64,000 nucleotides of DNA from Botryllus schlosseri (Eukaryota): assembly GCA_051294905.1 (NCBI GenBank), contig CM119371.1:14262001-14326000 (forward strand). The letters run 5' to 3'. The position numbers and the translations under genes are program-made. The notes under the pieces are model-generated. The model was not told the origin of the DNA and did not search any database. It worked only from the letters and a program-made list of their open reading frames with translations. Every line of letters starts with the position of its first letter. Position 1 is the first letter of the stretch. Shown piece after piece: positions 40,191 through 53,131 of this stretch.

Positions 40191-41537
40191 GCATTTGTTG
40201 TAAATGCAACCCTTATTATATTGTTTTCGTCTTGCGTGAAAGTCATATTTTGATGGCTTTCTTCTTTTAAGACTCTGTTGAAGCACAGCTCATTTTGTGC
40301 CCCAGAGTAATATCTGATTAGGTCAGTGTTTTGTAACCGGTGTCCAACGGAACACCACGGGATCACTGGAGGTCAAGACACCCACGCAACCTATACATAT
40401 CATTTGTGATGATACGCCCGTCTTGGCCGTCACCGGTGGCTGGTTATTAGGTGCACGTGAACATCAGTTATATTGGAACGCAGCCTTGTCTTTTTAAAGT
40501 TCGCGATGGAAAATGTTCGCTCGCAATGTATGTAGGTAGATCCGAACAAAACAAGCAATTTCATAACCATCTTCCTCGGGTTATTGGCAAACTTGGACTC
40601 ATTCTTTGACGCATTAAATTTGTTAATACTTTCTGATTAGATCATTAGAATTTCAATTTAATCTCTCTGTGGGCCGCTCAAAATCTCATCGCGGGTCGGA
40701 TCCGGTCATTTCATTTCATGTCAACGATGTTTGTAACATTTTTCCATGGAATTAATGTTCACATAGAATTATTTGCGCGTACTTTTAGATAGATCACCAA
40801 TTCCCCGTTAAAATACTCCAATCACGCTTCCTCGGGTTATTTTCCACAAAATGTTTCGAACTAGGTATTTTATTTCGCAGCGAACAGCGTTTCAGAATCG
40901 AAGAAAGAGGCACTGTACCACTTTTAGCAGTGACAGCCCTTTGTACATTACAGATGCTTTGAAGCTTTTTGGTTAAAATGATTTCCTAAATATAATTTTT
41001 ATTTGAGAGCTACATAATTAAACATTCAGAATATGTCTTCATCGTAACATAAAGGACGATACTGTTTAGTGTATGAACGTTATAGAACTTGGCTTCCTTT
41101 GTTTGGAATACATTCATGTTAAAGTTATTCTACCATATGGTATGAGCTCGTACCCGATGGTTGTTGTATGAACCTTGATTTGACTCCTAATATAGCATAT
41201 ACAATTATCATAGCTTATACTAGTCGAGTGGTCCTCTGGTGCGACTCAAGCGATTCAAGCTAGTTCCAATGGTGAAATCCCAATCAGAATAGACTGACCG
41301 GACTTCAAACTTTCCCAGAGCCTGGTAATTTTCGAAAGGGGGCGCTGCAGGGAAAAAGGTTAAGAATCACCGGACCTAAGGTACAATAAATACATCCTGC
41401 GTGTTGCTTTTACTAAAACCGCTGTACCTCATTTTGTATATAGTAATCCCGTATAACATTTGTATGACTGTAAATTATTTCAAATTAGTATAGGACTTTC
41501 GTAATAGTTGAGTATCCCTGCCGTAGAGAGACCCGTA

Positions 41538-42170
41538 CAGAATCAGAACTTTATCAGTGCACAGTGTGCACACGTCAAGTATTACCCTAAAGGTTAGTTG
41601 TACGAAAAAAACGATGAAAATGTAAAAAATTTACATTTATCGTTACATTATAGAACTACGTGACACGGTGACATGAAAGACATCTGTAAAGTGCATCGTT
41701 GGTCGAATAAAAATGAGCAAGTAATACACAAAACAAAATTACAGAAACATAATAAAACCACAGCTATGTTTCTTCTATATTCTCCATCACCGACAAGTAC
41801 AGCCTGTTTGCTCCAGCATCGAAATCATATGAATCAAAGGTAGATAGCGATATCTCAGTTCAGAATCAGAACTATATCAGTGCACACATCAAACATTCGT
41901 TAAACTGAGTTATACGAACAAACGATGACAATGTTGAACATATTCACATTTATTGTTACATGATAGAAATACATGTCACGGTGATATAAAAGCCATCTGC
42001 TGCGGGTATCGTTGGTCCACTAAAATTCACCAAGTAGTACAAAAAGCAAAATTCCAAAAACGAAATACATCCGCAGTTATCTTTCTTCTATATTTTCCAT
42101 CACCGACAAGTACAGTCTGTTTGCTCCAGCATCGATAGTATATGAATCAAAGGTAGATGACGATATTTCT
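41538..42170 (-). repeat. about 320-bp diverged tandem duplication of the GPCR last ~30 codons and 3' flank
   Basis: 41538-41856 aligns with 41861-42170. The copy encodes EISLSTFDSYDFDAGANRLYLSVMENIEET*. Confidence 0.9.
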
Positions 42171-43442
42171 TTATCGGCAGCTTGGGGAGTGTCAGTGGAT
42201 GATTGAGATATAGTTGCCAAGTGATTACTGATCGGGTAATACTCTTTACTCGCTGCGGCGTCCGTGGCAATATGTTGACTGGGAATGGAGTTTTCGGAAT
42301 ACACGTTCACACGAGTCGCATGGGCGGACAATGAGTTTGTCTCAGTAATGCCTGCGCTACTCTTTCGTTGATAGTGCAACACGGTGACTGCACTCAGCCG
42401 TCTCATGGTGAAAATAGCGCGATCTACCGCCGAGACGACTATTTTTATAGCTCGCAGAGATTTAGCAGCCATTCGAAATTGTTTCCCTCTCACGCTGTAT
42501 ATCAGACAATTCCACAAACTGTTACTTAGCAAAATGATGCCGAAGCAATATCCGAGGGAATAGTAGATTTTAACGGACAATAAATCTAAGTGTTCCGGCA
42601 TAGGGAAAACAATGTTGTCGAATGCACCGGCCGCAACTACGATGACAAACGTTGGTAGCACGCACGCTACGAAAACACCCACCATTAATCCCAAGACCTT
42701 ACTTAACCGTCTTTCCATATCATCGATATTTTTACCCTTTTTCGTTGAAAATTTTTTGAGTTTCTTACTAGCTTTAGCATGTTTTTTTGCCGAGCGGAAA
42801 ATCATGATGTTTGTCACGCACATTAGGATCAAAGGAAGGCCAAACGCCACAGACAGCAAAATGCCAGCAGTATCGCCAACAGATGTTACTATGAGTCCGG
42901 CAGTAAGGTTATATCTTAAATTCTTTATCATAAATGGCATCGCAGAAATAAAGATAGCTACTATCCATATGACACAGCAAGCGATTTTTGAGTGTGTCTT
43001 GGCGTTGGATTTTTTGTGACTAAGCGGCCTGGAAATCGCCCATAATCTGTCGCAACTCGCTATCAATAGCGTGTACACCGAGGTTGTGAGAGTAAGGGTT
43101 GTGAAAAAGCCCAAAGCATCGATATGAGCATTAGGAATGGCCGACCTCGCATCCCCCATACCTCCACCAGCAAGTCTATATGTTATATTCGATGATGTCC
43201 ACACTATTTCTCCCATTTTGCTCGGCACGCAAAATCTGAAATAGCCAAATACGATCGTGCTCGGTATGACAGTCAATCCACTCATCAAGTCGCTAGAAGC
43301 CACGTTGATTTTATATATTGCTTGGGTGTTTCGCAACTCTTCATTGGTCGTGTAAACTACCACCACGATAATGTTCGCCGTTATCACAGCAATGGATAGT
43401 ACCGTCGTAACGAGTAAACATATTGCCAAACTCGCCTTGATC
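42077..43442 (-). CDS. orphan class A (rhodopsin-like) GPCR exon 2: 7TM domain and C-tail
   Basis: Acceptor CCTTTCAG|G. TM1 ANIIV, TM2 NVASSDL, TM3 SCDRLWAI (DRY variant), TM4 W, TM5 FGLP, TM6 CVLP, TM7 NSLWNCLIY. Stop at 42077. Confidence 0.95.
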
Positions 43443-44040
43443 CTGAAAGGAACAGAGATTTTCAATAAAATTTTGTACAATGTAAGCCACGAACAATCAC
43501 CATCGCGCTGGCAGCAAACGGTATACCAAATGCATGATCCACCGAATATGTAATTCTCGATAAATTGCGTTTATTATGTGTGATACGAGTCAGCGCACGA
43601 AACTATACCGGACCATGATCTGACATATTGACTTCGCCGACAGACACTCGCCATTTCATTTTGATGCCTAGTTTATCATATTTTATCGTCTGCTACTCTT
43701 CATTTAGTGTACAATGCGCGTCTCTAATTTACACATGCTATACAGGCCAAACTGAGCAAGGCAGTCATTTTTTAAGACAAAGCCGCGCATTTCCAGCTGG
43801 TCTCTGAAACGGAATAGCACAATTTATACAGATTTTCAGAAACGATTCATATTGTTTTCGCTTCACGTGAAAATCATATTTCAACGATATTTTTTTCTTT
43901 TAATATCAAACACTGTACTGTAACTGAAATAGTGCGTCCAAACGCGTAATACATAAATGATCAAAAATGCTGCAAGTGGTTACTTCAACTCTCCAGAATA
44001 GCCGACACCATATAATACCAATGGTACGGTTGACTCCTAC

Positions 44041-44744
44041 CTTATCGAATAAGTACTCCACGGTGATATGGCTCTTTCCATAGCTGTGTCTATGTCGTAA
44101 CCAACCCACGTGATATCGCCGAACAACGTGAACGGTGCGCACATTTCGTGAAATCTACCAACGCCTCCAGACGGTCGATCGAATAATGCGATTTGAACAC
44201 ATGGTTCGTTCAAGGTTTCAATACTCAAGTCACGCGGCATCAATGATGTAGCTAAGTTTTTCCACAGTTCTTCATCACGTGTCGTCTGTGCGTCATTCAC
44301 ATACCGAATATGTTTTGGTACATAATTGTGGAGAGCTTCAACGCAATTGTCGAACAGCCGGTTCCGGTCACAGAAGCTCTGGTACACCAGTTTGGTGAAG
44401 GGTGTGAAATCATAGACTGGATCTTCACACTCAGAATTATATTGATCGCATTTCCAATTCTTTAAGGTTGTAAGATAAGTCGTGAGGTAATACCCACCGG
44501 AGTACCACACACGAGCAAAATATTCGTAGTACATGCGGCAGCATATATTCCTGTTAGCGGATAAGTATGCCGAATAACTGTCACACTTCAACAGTGTAGG
44601 GTTTTTGAACTTCTGTGGTACTACGTTGGTAATATTCTTTGATTTGCTATTAGTCGACGCGTCACATTGCATCATGAGCATCATCAACAACCACACCAAT
44701 AATTTGATGTTGTTGCAATGTGACATATTATATATTCGATTCAT
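44041..44744 (-). CDS. orphan class A GPCR exon 1: signal peptide and Cys-rich ectodomain
   Basis: ATG at 44744 (alternative 44726), hydrophobic LLVWLLMMLMMQCDA, 9 Cys in the mature part. Donor AG|GTAGGA in phase 2 matches the acceptor at 43442. Confidence 0.85.
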
Positions 44745-45882
44745 TGTGAGCAATAGGTCCGGTCACTTCGATTTCGAATTTGAAATGTAGAACGTTTCGG
44801 ATGTTGTGCTGAAATATGAAGATAAAGTCGTCAACTGTACTCATTAAATAAAATAATCACTGTACCTTATCCGGGGAAAATTTCACGCATTACATATCAC
44901 TCGGGCTGGCCACAATGATTCAGTACTCAAATCATGCATAGCGTGGCACGAAGGTTTGATGCAAGGAATTTCAACCAATAGATGTTATATTAACGTGAAA
45001 AATTGTAATATATGAAAAATGTCCTTAGTGCAGAACCTACTACGGTTCGTTTGTAAACGTGATCCTCTAAATTTCCGAGGTTCACACGCAGATCGCGAAC
45101 GTTCACACCATCCCGCTAATTTTTATAGACCTTTTTGTAGGTATACAGAACTTCAATATACAATTGCATAGTATATTCATATACATATTATCATATATAT
45201 CACAGACAGAATCATCTTGAATACCCAGGCTCAGTAAATCAGACCGCAAAAAATCTGCTAATCTGTTCAATAAAACATCGAAATGTACCCGTAAATGATG
45301 TAACGTATATAGCCTAACTTATATATACAGAATCGTTATAAATCCGTGACCGAATGAATAAATGGCTACTGTCATTTACTAAACGCTGTCATTGCCACAT
45401 TATCCTCGTCAACTCATGTTCGTATATCGGACCGTTGTCAGCCTAAGTTTGCTAATCATCAAATCGCATGCCGTCTCGTAATAACATATGTCAGAAGCTC
45501 TCCTGCTTAACGATAGGGGAATATGCAAATGTATACGAAAACGTTACATGACATCAAGGTGAGTCACATGATTGAAGCAGCGAAGGTTTCTGTTAATAGT
45601 TATTGTCGTTATATTCGTTGTGGAGAAGTCAACCAACTTGGCCGTACGCTATCCATTTCAAGAATGATTAATACGAAAAGTATTGTTAATATGCACGGGT
45701 GCACCATATGTTAGCGTCACGAATTTGTTTTGAAAAATCGCGCGTCAACCAATCGGATCGTAACAGGATAAAATAAGCTGGACATGTCTACTGACACATG
45801 CGCCGGAAAATTAATCCATTGGACATATACCAAGAAATTCCTTGCACTCATGTCACCATTTGATAAAAGAAACAGTTAAATG

Positions 45883-46713
45883 CAGGGTGTTAAACATACG
45901 GCCCGTGGGCCGCATCCGGCCCACAGGACGATTTTATTCGGCCCGCGAAGCAATTCTGAGTAGATTTAAAGATTCTTATATTTTCCAACACATTAGTAAC
46001 AAATCTTAGGTATTTTGCAGGAAATACTTCATATTCACAAGCCCCATAACCAACCGACTACGGTGATGTGGTTTCACTCTACCACTAGTAAGAAGTCGGT
46101 GCAATCGACATCCAATTTCAAGAAGGCATAAAGTGCACACCAAATTCAGAGTTTTATACAAATAAGGACCCAAAAGTCGTTATTCAGAGAAGCGAAAACG
46201 CCAATGCGGAATCGTTTTATGCAGTTTACATAGAAATTATGTTAGTTGCAAAAATATATCATTGAAATATCTATGGCCGCACTGCTGTGTCAATTTTGAC
46301 CCAATAGATCCCCAGACACGAGGGCTACAATCAAGATTGAAACCAAATTCCAACGTCAGCGTTTCCAGTTGAATATCTCGTATTCCTCACAACGCTTATG
46401 CAGCGCTAACGCCGGATCACGACTAAATAACATGGAGCACAGAATATGCCAACTGATATCGTCGTTAACGACACTGTTTTAGCGCTTCGTAACTGTATTC
46501 AACCAGACAAATCATCGTCTTTTTCGTGAATAAAGGTGTCGCAACTTGATACTTAGAAAACCCTATGATCCGTGCATTATCTATATGTGCTTTTGAGGTT
46601 TTCAAGTGCAAGAGCACGAGGTAACATTTTGGAATCAGTTGACTTAGTGCGGCCCGCGAGCGATTTGAAGGCTTGAATCCGGCCCGCGACGCAATTTGAG
46701 TTTGACATCCCTG
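45883..46713. mobile_element. hAT/Charlie-like non-autonomous element
   Basis: CAGGGTGTTAAAC...GTTTGACATCCCTG termini, GGCCCGCG subterminal motifs, TSD GTTAAATG. Confidence 0.9.
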
Positions 46714-48567
46714 GTTAAATGCATTTCATCCAACGCTGCTGAATGACTTGCTGTGAAAGTATTGTATTTTCATGCTTAGCTATTCTTCAATAAAAATAAA
46801 TAATGCGTTTAGCGGTGATATAGTGCATGTAGTGCAAATGCATATCAAACATTTGTGGATATGATCGCTCCGAGTTATACTTTTCGTTTAAAGCCCTGGA
46901 ATTAAGACGGTGGAGCACGGGAAACGCACATGAATATATGTTCGTTCCATAGAAATCATAACATAACTCGCTATATTCACATGGGTATGATGTAGCCTAT
47001 CAAGCGATTCGGTATCAAACGCTATACTGTCAACCCATCATTACACGAATATGTATTAGCTTATAATGCCATGGGTTCTGACTTGAACATGTTAAGGAAC
47101 AGAAACGGACATGCCTTACACCCGTCCGTATATAGCTGTACAGTTATGGCTTAACCTTTTCATTGTTATGAATGTGTTACTGGTTTTTACATATTCAATT
47201 TGTTTGACGCAAATGCTACGGTTTTATGAATGTTTGGGTAAATAATTCAAGGTAGCGTGCATTTCTGTTGCTATCGCAACTCACAAGCATAGACCTATGA
47301 ACTATATAGACTCTATCTCAATGTGGTGGTCCTTCACTGCGACCAACACATTGGAGAATAATGAGAGTCTTGCAGGTCACAAATGTGGTTACTGGATATA
47401 CAATGCTTGGACTACTCAACACGATTTACTGTTAGTTAAGGTGTCAGCCCCCCCCCCTAAATAACATTTGTCTTGGAACCACGTGGGGTGATAAACCAAA
47501 CTTCTGGAAGTCGCCTCCGTCACTCCGTCAGGTTCTACGTTTTCACCGCTACTTTTGAGCGAGATTTAATATGCTAATTTGTGAGTCAATTCTGACAGCA
47601 TAATCGTGCATTGCGCGAAAATTTCTATAATTCATGATATAATCGGCCTATAATATTGGGAATTGCATATCCATTGCTATAAATTTTAATCAGATCACGT
47701 AATCAGATTTAGCTGTAGAGCTGTGAGAGGTGTTGTCTTGGAAGATATAGGGCCCGTAAACAATAATTAAACATATTCGCGCGGGCTCGTTGGTATAATG
47801 ACTTCGTTGCATAATGTTATTTTGTGACCTCCTGTACACCTCCTATGTTTATTTCATATTTCATACGTAACAGTGGTGCTTATCGCCTATTAAGGTCATG
47901 TGCTCCACGACAATAGTATGGCAATGTTGTGAATCCTTAGTCCTTATGTTCGTAATCTTCTTGACGACTTCCATCACCAGTCTCTCTAGTTTTGCTGCAC
48001 CCGGAACTTTATCTTTGTTGCCTATACTTTCATGGCTCGGCTCACTATCAATGCGAGCATTCTGAGACACTGCTATGGCAGTGGAGTTAGCGATGAGGAA
48101 CCCAGAGAAAGATATTGGAATCGCCCAAGCGTACAAAACTAAAAGACGCGCACGATTTCAATTTGGTATTTCTTCACTGGCAAATAATTTATCTCTGTGG
48201 GATGGCATTTGTCTTTTGGGTTTCAGATTGTTAGGACAAGAACATTCGGCGTCATACATTTAGACGTCTATGGACGATTAAACATATATGTATAATATAC
48301 TATATATATTAATAATTAGGGTTGTCCATAATTTGGAAAATCTTACGAATTCTCCGTGGTAATGTCTTATATCGAACAAAGGATACCTCGATAATCTTTA
48401 GCCCAAAAACATTGTGACATTTTTTTTTGAAGGTTTCGAGTACTTTTACTTCATTGCAGTAATGGTAACTGTTGCGAATCCTTCCTTTTCTGATTGAACT
48501 TAATTAACGCAATTGATTGGAATTATCAGGTTATGGGAAATGCTCCCAAGTTGATGTTCAGCTAGCC

Positions 48568-49398
48568 CAGGAGTGGTCAACCTTTTCCGCCAAAAGGCCA
48601 CATGAGATTTACGAATCATTGCGCGGGCCACTTGAATGTTGATGACATAAGTCGCGCGATAGTAGCGAACAGAATTTAGTAACGTCGAAAACAACACTCA
48701 ATATTACCATGCTTTAAAATTGATAACAATTATGTCATGAAAACTCTGTGTGCAAGTGTGCATTCATGTCTTGGTCGCACGAAGCGCGAAATACTTTCAA
48801 AGGTATGAATGAATTCGATCAATAAATATGTTACTTGCATATATTGGGGATCGCCTCTGTATACGACTGGGCTCATTTGGCAAGGACAGGATTATTCGGT
48901 GCTTAGATAAAGCAATATCGAAGGTTTCCGTGAGCATGCCTCTATCATTTTGTGCAAATGTTTCATCGCCGACGATCTCGCTGCGAGCGCACAAGTGAAG
49001 TCGCATGTTGGACGACACGTTATCCGCTAATTGCGAATGGTAGTTAGACTCAAGTCTGTAAATTACGCGTATTTCTAATCTTCAGTAGGAGCTCCAATAC
49101 TAAATGCAAGAAATCGAGTGACGCTAAATCATGCCAAGTACCAAGAAAAATTATAAGTCAAATGAATCTGCTACGAAATATCCTACTTTATGGTCATATA
49201 CGAAGATCTGCGATAAATTGGCTGGCCCCTGGTTACGCCAATGCGTCAGAACTGATATTTTGATCATCATCAAATTTAGCGTTCATGCTAATCAAATTTC
49301 GGTTGGCCTTGAAATTTACCTGATGTTGTATATGATTTCGAAAATTACCTCGCGGGCTACACAAAACCTTGTCGCGGGCCACGGGTTGGCCACCCCTG
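48568..49398. mobile_element. hAT/Charlie-like non-autonomous element
   Basis: CAGGAGTGGTCAACC...GGTTGGCCACCCCTG termini, TSD AGCTAGCC/ACCTAGCC. Confidence 0.85.
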
Positions 49399-51954
49399 AC
49401 CTAGCCCATTATAGTTCAGTAAGCAATAGTTTAAATACAAGCTACACGAGCTCATTACGTTCAACTTCATCTCTGTTCAGTGAACACAGATGAAGCCTTT
49501 TTCGGCTCACATCTCATAGTTCGTAGGCTACTCTGCGATATAGTTTGTGCGAAAAGTAGGACTGTAAAAACCAGCACATTTCATATTCAATGGTGATACC
49601 GGTATATAAAATACATAAAATGAATAAATAGGCTTACATAGTAACATGTTTCCATGGGTTATCGATACAAACGTATGTATCGCATAATATGACTGCACAG
49701 GTACAAAATCCGTTACGTCAACATTGTTTGATAGCGCAGGCACAGTAGAACAAGAGGGCTGCTTTCAAAGAGTCATCATCAGTTGGACGAATTTGAGGCT
49801 CAATCCAAGACTACTGAAAAGAAAATATTTGTTTCAAAAATTTGTGATACAAATGCACTATTCAGTATTCACGCAGATATCGGACTGGATACAATTGTTG
49901 TTTTTGGCAATAAATTGTGCGTGACAGAAGGGTGTCTTTCATAGAATAATCAAGTAATGGAATGGGAAGTTGTACGTGACGTTACCACCAATTTTACACT
50001 GGCACATGTAGTATACTTCCTGGATTGTTAGCAGCAAACATTCATAAAGATCTTCATCACGAAGGTAACCGAATGCAGCAGAATCAAATTCATTATCTAA
50101 GGATATACCAGTTTACTTACAAAACACCCCGATTCTTACCAGTATTCCATACAGAAAATGCATTTCAAAAAGGTGCCAATTTCAATACATACCACCTGCA
50201 CAATAGAGTTTATTTCAGTTACCATATCATAAGGAACTCATGAATGTCAAATTTGGGGATTGGGCAAAACAATCACATCCCCTCGTAATCCATGGTTTGG
50301 CGAAAAGATTGTTTGGCTGTGTTATTACTAGGTCGATTTTTTGTTACTTCACGTGAGAAGATTTTAACCAAAAAAATCCAAATTTTGACATATTAAAAGA
50401 ATTGCCTTAGTTATTACCTTATAACTTGGAATAAACAGTACAGTGTAAAATTTGTTGCTGTTGCAAAACCATAAAAACCGCTGGGCGACTGTCATACCGG
50501 TAATAAATTGCTGACATTGCAGTACTTGTCCACAATGGACCACAATATCGCCTACATAGTGCTATTTCAGTGTGGCAAGAGAGAACATCCCTTTATCTGT
50601 ATATAAAAAAAGTTAGTTCGATAGTAGCTTTTCATTAATACCGTAGTACTGAACCTGGTCACAGCCTGGCATCTTATCAGATTCGAAGCTCGAGCATCCA
50701 GCAATACGATTGCCGATTTCTGCGATCCTCATCTATTCCAGAACCCGAAGCTCAGACGAATCATTTAATACAAAATATCTACAGAACATACTTTTGAATA
50801 AGGGATATCAGTAGCCTACCAAAACATCTAAAACAAACGACCATGCTGCAATGTCCAAACGAGTTCATTTGGTGACTATTCTCACATTGCATATATTCAA
50901 TAACATTCAATAACTGTCATGGGGAATAGTAATATATCAAAAGGTCGCAGATTGCGTTGTGTGGGGTATAAGCTATCTAATAAGGTCAGTATGGCAACAA
51001 TTGGCATTCTGTGACCCCCGTGACATATAGTTGGTTTCACGCTGGGTGTTGTTTGTTCTCTTTATTCATGTTATTATCGGTGGCGAGTAAGGTAGTGGTA
51101 AGCTCCAAAGCTGTAACACCAATGAATTCTTCGACGAATGGACATTTCTGTTCCACTGGTTCTTAACCAGGGTCCTTAGACCCGTTCGGGGTACGAAGCA
51201 CCACATCTGGGGTTAAGAGATGCATTGTGGAATTAGGCCTATATGCTGTGGAATATTTTCTTGGCCAATTTATTCAACTGCAAAATAGTCTACTACTACA
51301 GAGGCTACTATAAATCTTATTAGAAGCACAAGGGGTACGATCAATAAAAAGGTTAGGAAGCAACGCTAATACTATGGATCAATAATGAATATATTTAAGT
51401 TGTTATTCATATGTTCCAATAATAATAATCGAAGGCAAAATCTAACGCTGGTTTAATCTGGCTTCGGCAATGACATAGTAACAGTAGCCAATACTTATCA
51501 CGACTATATCAAAACCAGGATCAGGATACACCGCTCAAATGCTCTTATATCAGATCAATCTTCAGTACATTTTAAAATATTTTACATAAAATTGTGGCAC
51601 TTCAAAGGTCCGCTAGCTGCAATATTATAACCCAACAGTTTGACGCTGTCATGATGCATCCTCTCGCATGATGTCTATATAACTCATTATTTTAACAAAT
51701 TATGCCCGGCACAAAAACAATTTTATTCAAATATTTGAAAATGTGATTTTTTTCGTGTCAAGCGTGAATATTACAATAGTAAATTACATTTCCACGGTGT
51801 TTGTGAAATGCATGTCTGCTAGGTCCCATCAAGTAAGGCCTACTTGGAAATTATACATTGAATATCCCTATTTTTGAAGCTGCGGCCAGCGGCGTCATCA
51901 AAAACTAGGAAATTGGCCCGCGAACACATTTGAGTTTGAAACCTCAGGTGTAAA

Positions 51955-52520
51955 ACATCATCATGAATGCTTTCGCTCTATCATACTGCAAAAATTTTGC
52001 ATTACAAAGGTGAAGCGATGTTCAGCTCACGCCTCTTAACGAGGCCCTCGTTGTCGCAACTATTTAGTTTTGGTTTTATTGTACCAGAAGATGACAAGAC
52101 GTAGCAATCTGTACTCAAAACACCCAGTCAAACGTTCCGAATTAGAACGAGAAAGCAGCCGGCTTCTTTTGGTAATAAATTGAATATGCCGAGTTATATG
52201 GCGACCCAAGAAAACGTTTAGGTGGCCACTGGTTTAGACAATTCAGCCCATAGACGTCGTGGAAACACACCCCCAAACTATAAGCTACTTTGCCTTATGA
52301 GTCAAATTGTGATGGCAACTGGGCGAAAGAGCGCCTGGATCAAGAAGTCGGCATTTATTCACGCACTTATACTAGTAGTATCCTTAGTCATTTTGCGTTA
52401 ATCGGGAAGATTTCTCTCTCCCTTTGGAAAATGCCCACTGCTAAGAGTACACGACTCCCCGATCAAATCTACCAGCTGAAACTATACTTACTTGAGTGCT
52501 TGTCAGATATTGGCTTTCTG
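51955..52520 (+). repeat. diverged copy of 30314-30895 (CatSper2 intron 3 sequence)
   Basis: Shared blocks such as CCCTCGTTGTCGCA, GTAGACGTCGTGGAAACAC-like, GCAACTGGGCGAAAGAGC and GATCAAATCTACC.GCTGAAACTATACT. Confidence 0.85.
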
Positions 52521-52531
52521 CTTATACCAAT

Positions 52532-52760
52532 GGTTTGAGTCCGACCGAGATCGATTCCAGTATTCCTGCGTAAGTGTTGAAGGTTTATCTAGGTTCCTAC
52601 TCACCACGTGATCCGCGTAAGCGGTGTCTTATAAAAATCCTAGAAGTGTGCACCAGTGCTACAAGTCGGTAAATACGGAATAAAAAATAGAGAGTATCGG
52701 CCTGGTGTAAGATGACCAATGTAGTCGCAACACCATGAATATCAAACAAACAAACAAACA
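52532..52760 (+). mobile_element. SINE copy
   Basis: Same core and (CAAA)n tail. Confidence 0.8.
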
Positions 52761-53075
52761 CCTAAATTAGAAATATTTTTGTCAAGATAACCTTGAATTT
52801 CAAAAACATAAATACATCTCGTTATGGCCCAATTCATAACTTGTGATCACCAGTCACTATAATGGTTGCATATGTAGTATTGCAGAGCCTGGGGATAACT
52901 TGACTCCGACTGTTAAAAAACAACAACATCTAATCATATCATTGCTAGATTCCACTCGATTAAAGATCTAATGAAATTACTGATGGATTGTCCCCGAGTT
53001 TTCTTCGTGTGAATACAACAAATAAGCTCTAACAATGTAGTTTATACGGACTAACGTACTCGGCAGGCTACTCAA

Positions 53076-53131
53076 CGCTCAGCGTTGGGGGAAAGAACAT
53101 CCAGCGTCTTATTTTCTCGGTTGCTCTTCAT
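53076..53131 (-). pseudogene. third copy of CatSper2 exon 1 with destroyed donor
   Basis: Encodes MKSNRENKTLDVLSPNAE with 5 differences in 56 nt; donor GTGAGT mutated to TTGAGT. Confidence 0.85.

Noticed and set aside
42612..43019. 135-aa plus-strand ORF
   Set aside because: Antisense shadow of the GPCR exon.
47861..48136. 91-aa minus-strand ORF
   Set aside because: No recognisable motif or splice-supported partner exons.
50640..50830. Possible decayed copy of CatSper2 exon 4
   Set aside because: Only two short word matches, not distinguishable from chance.
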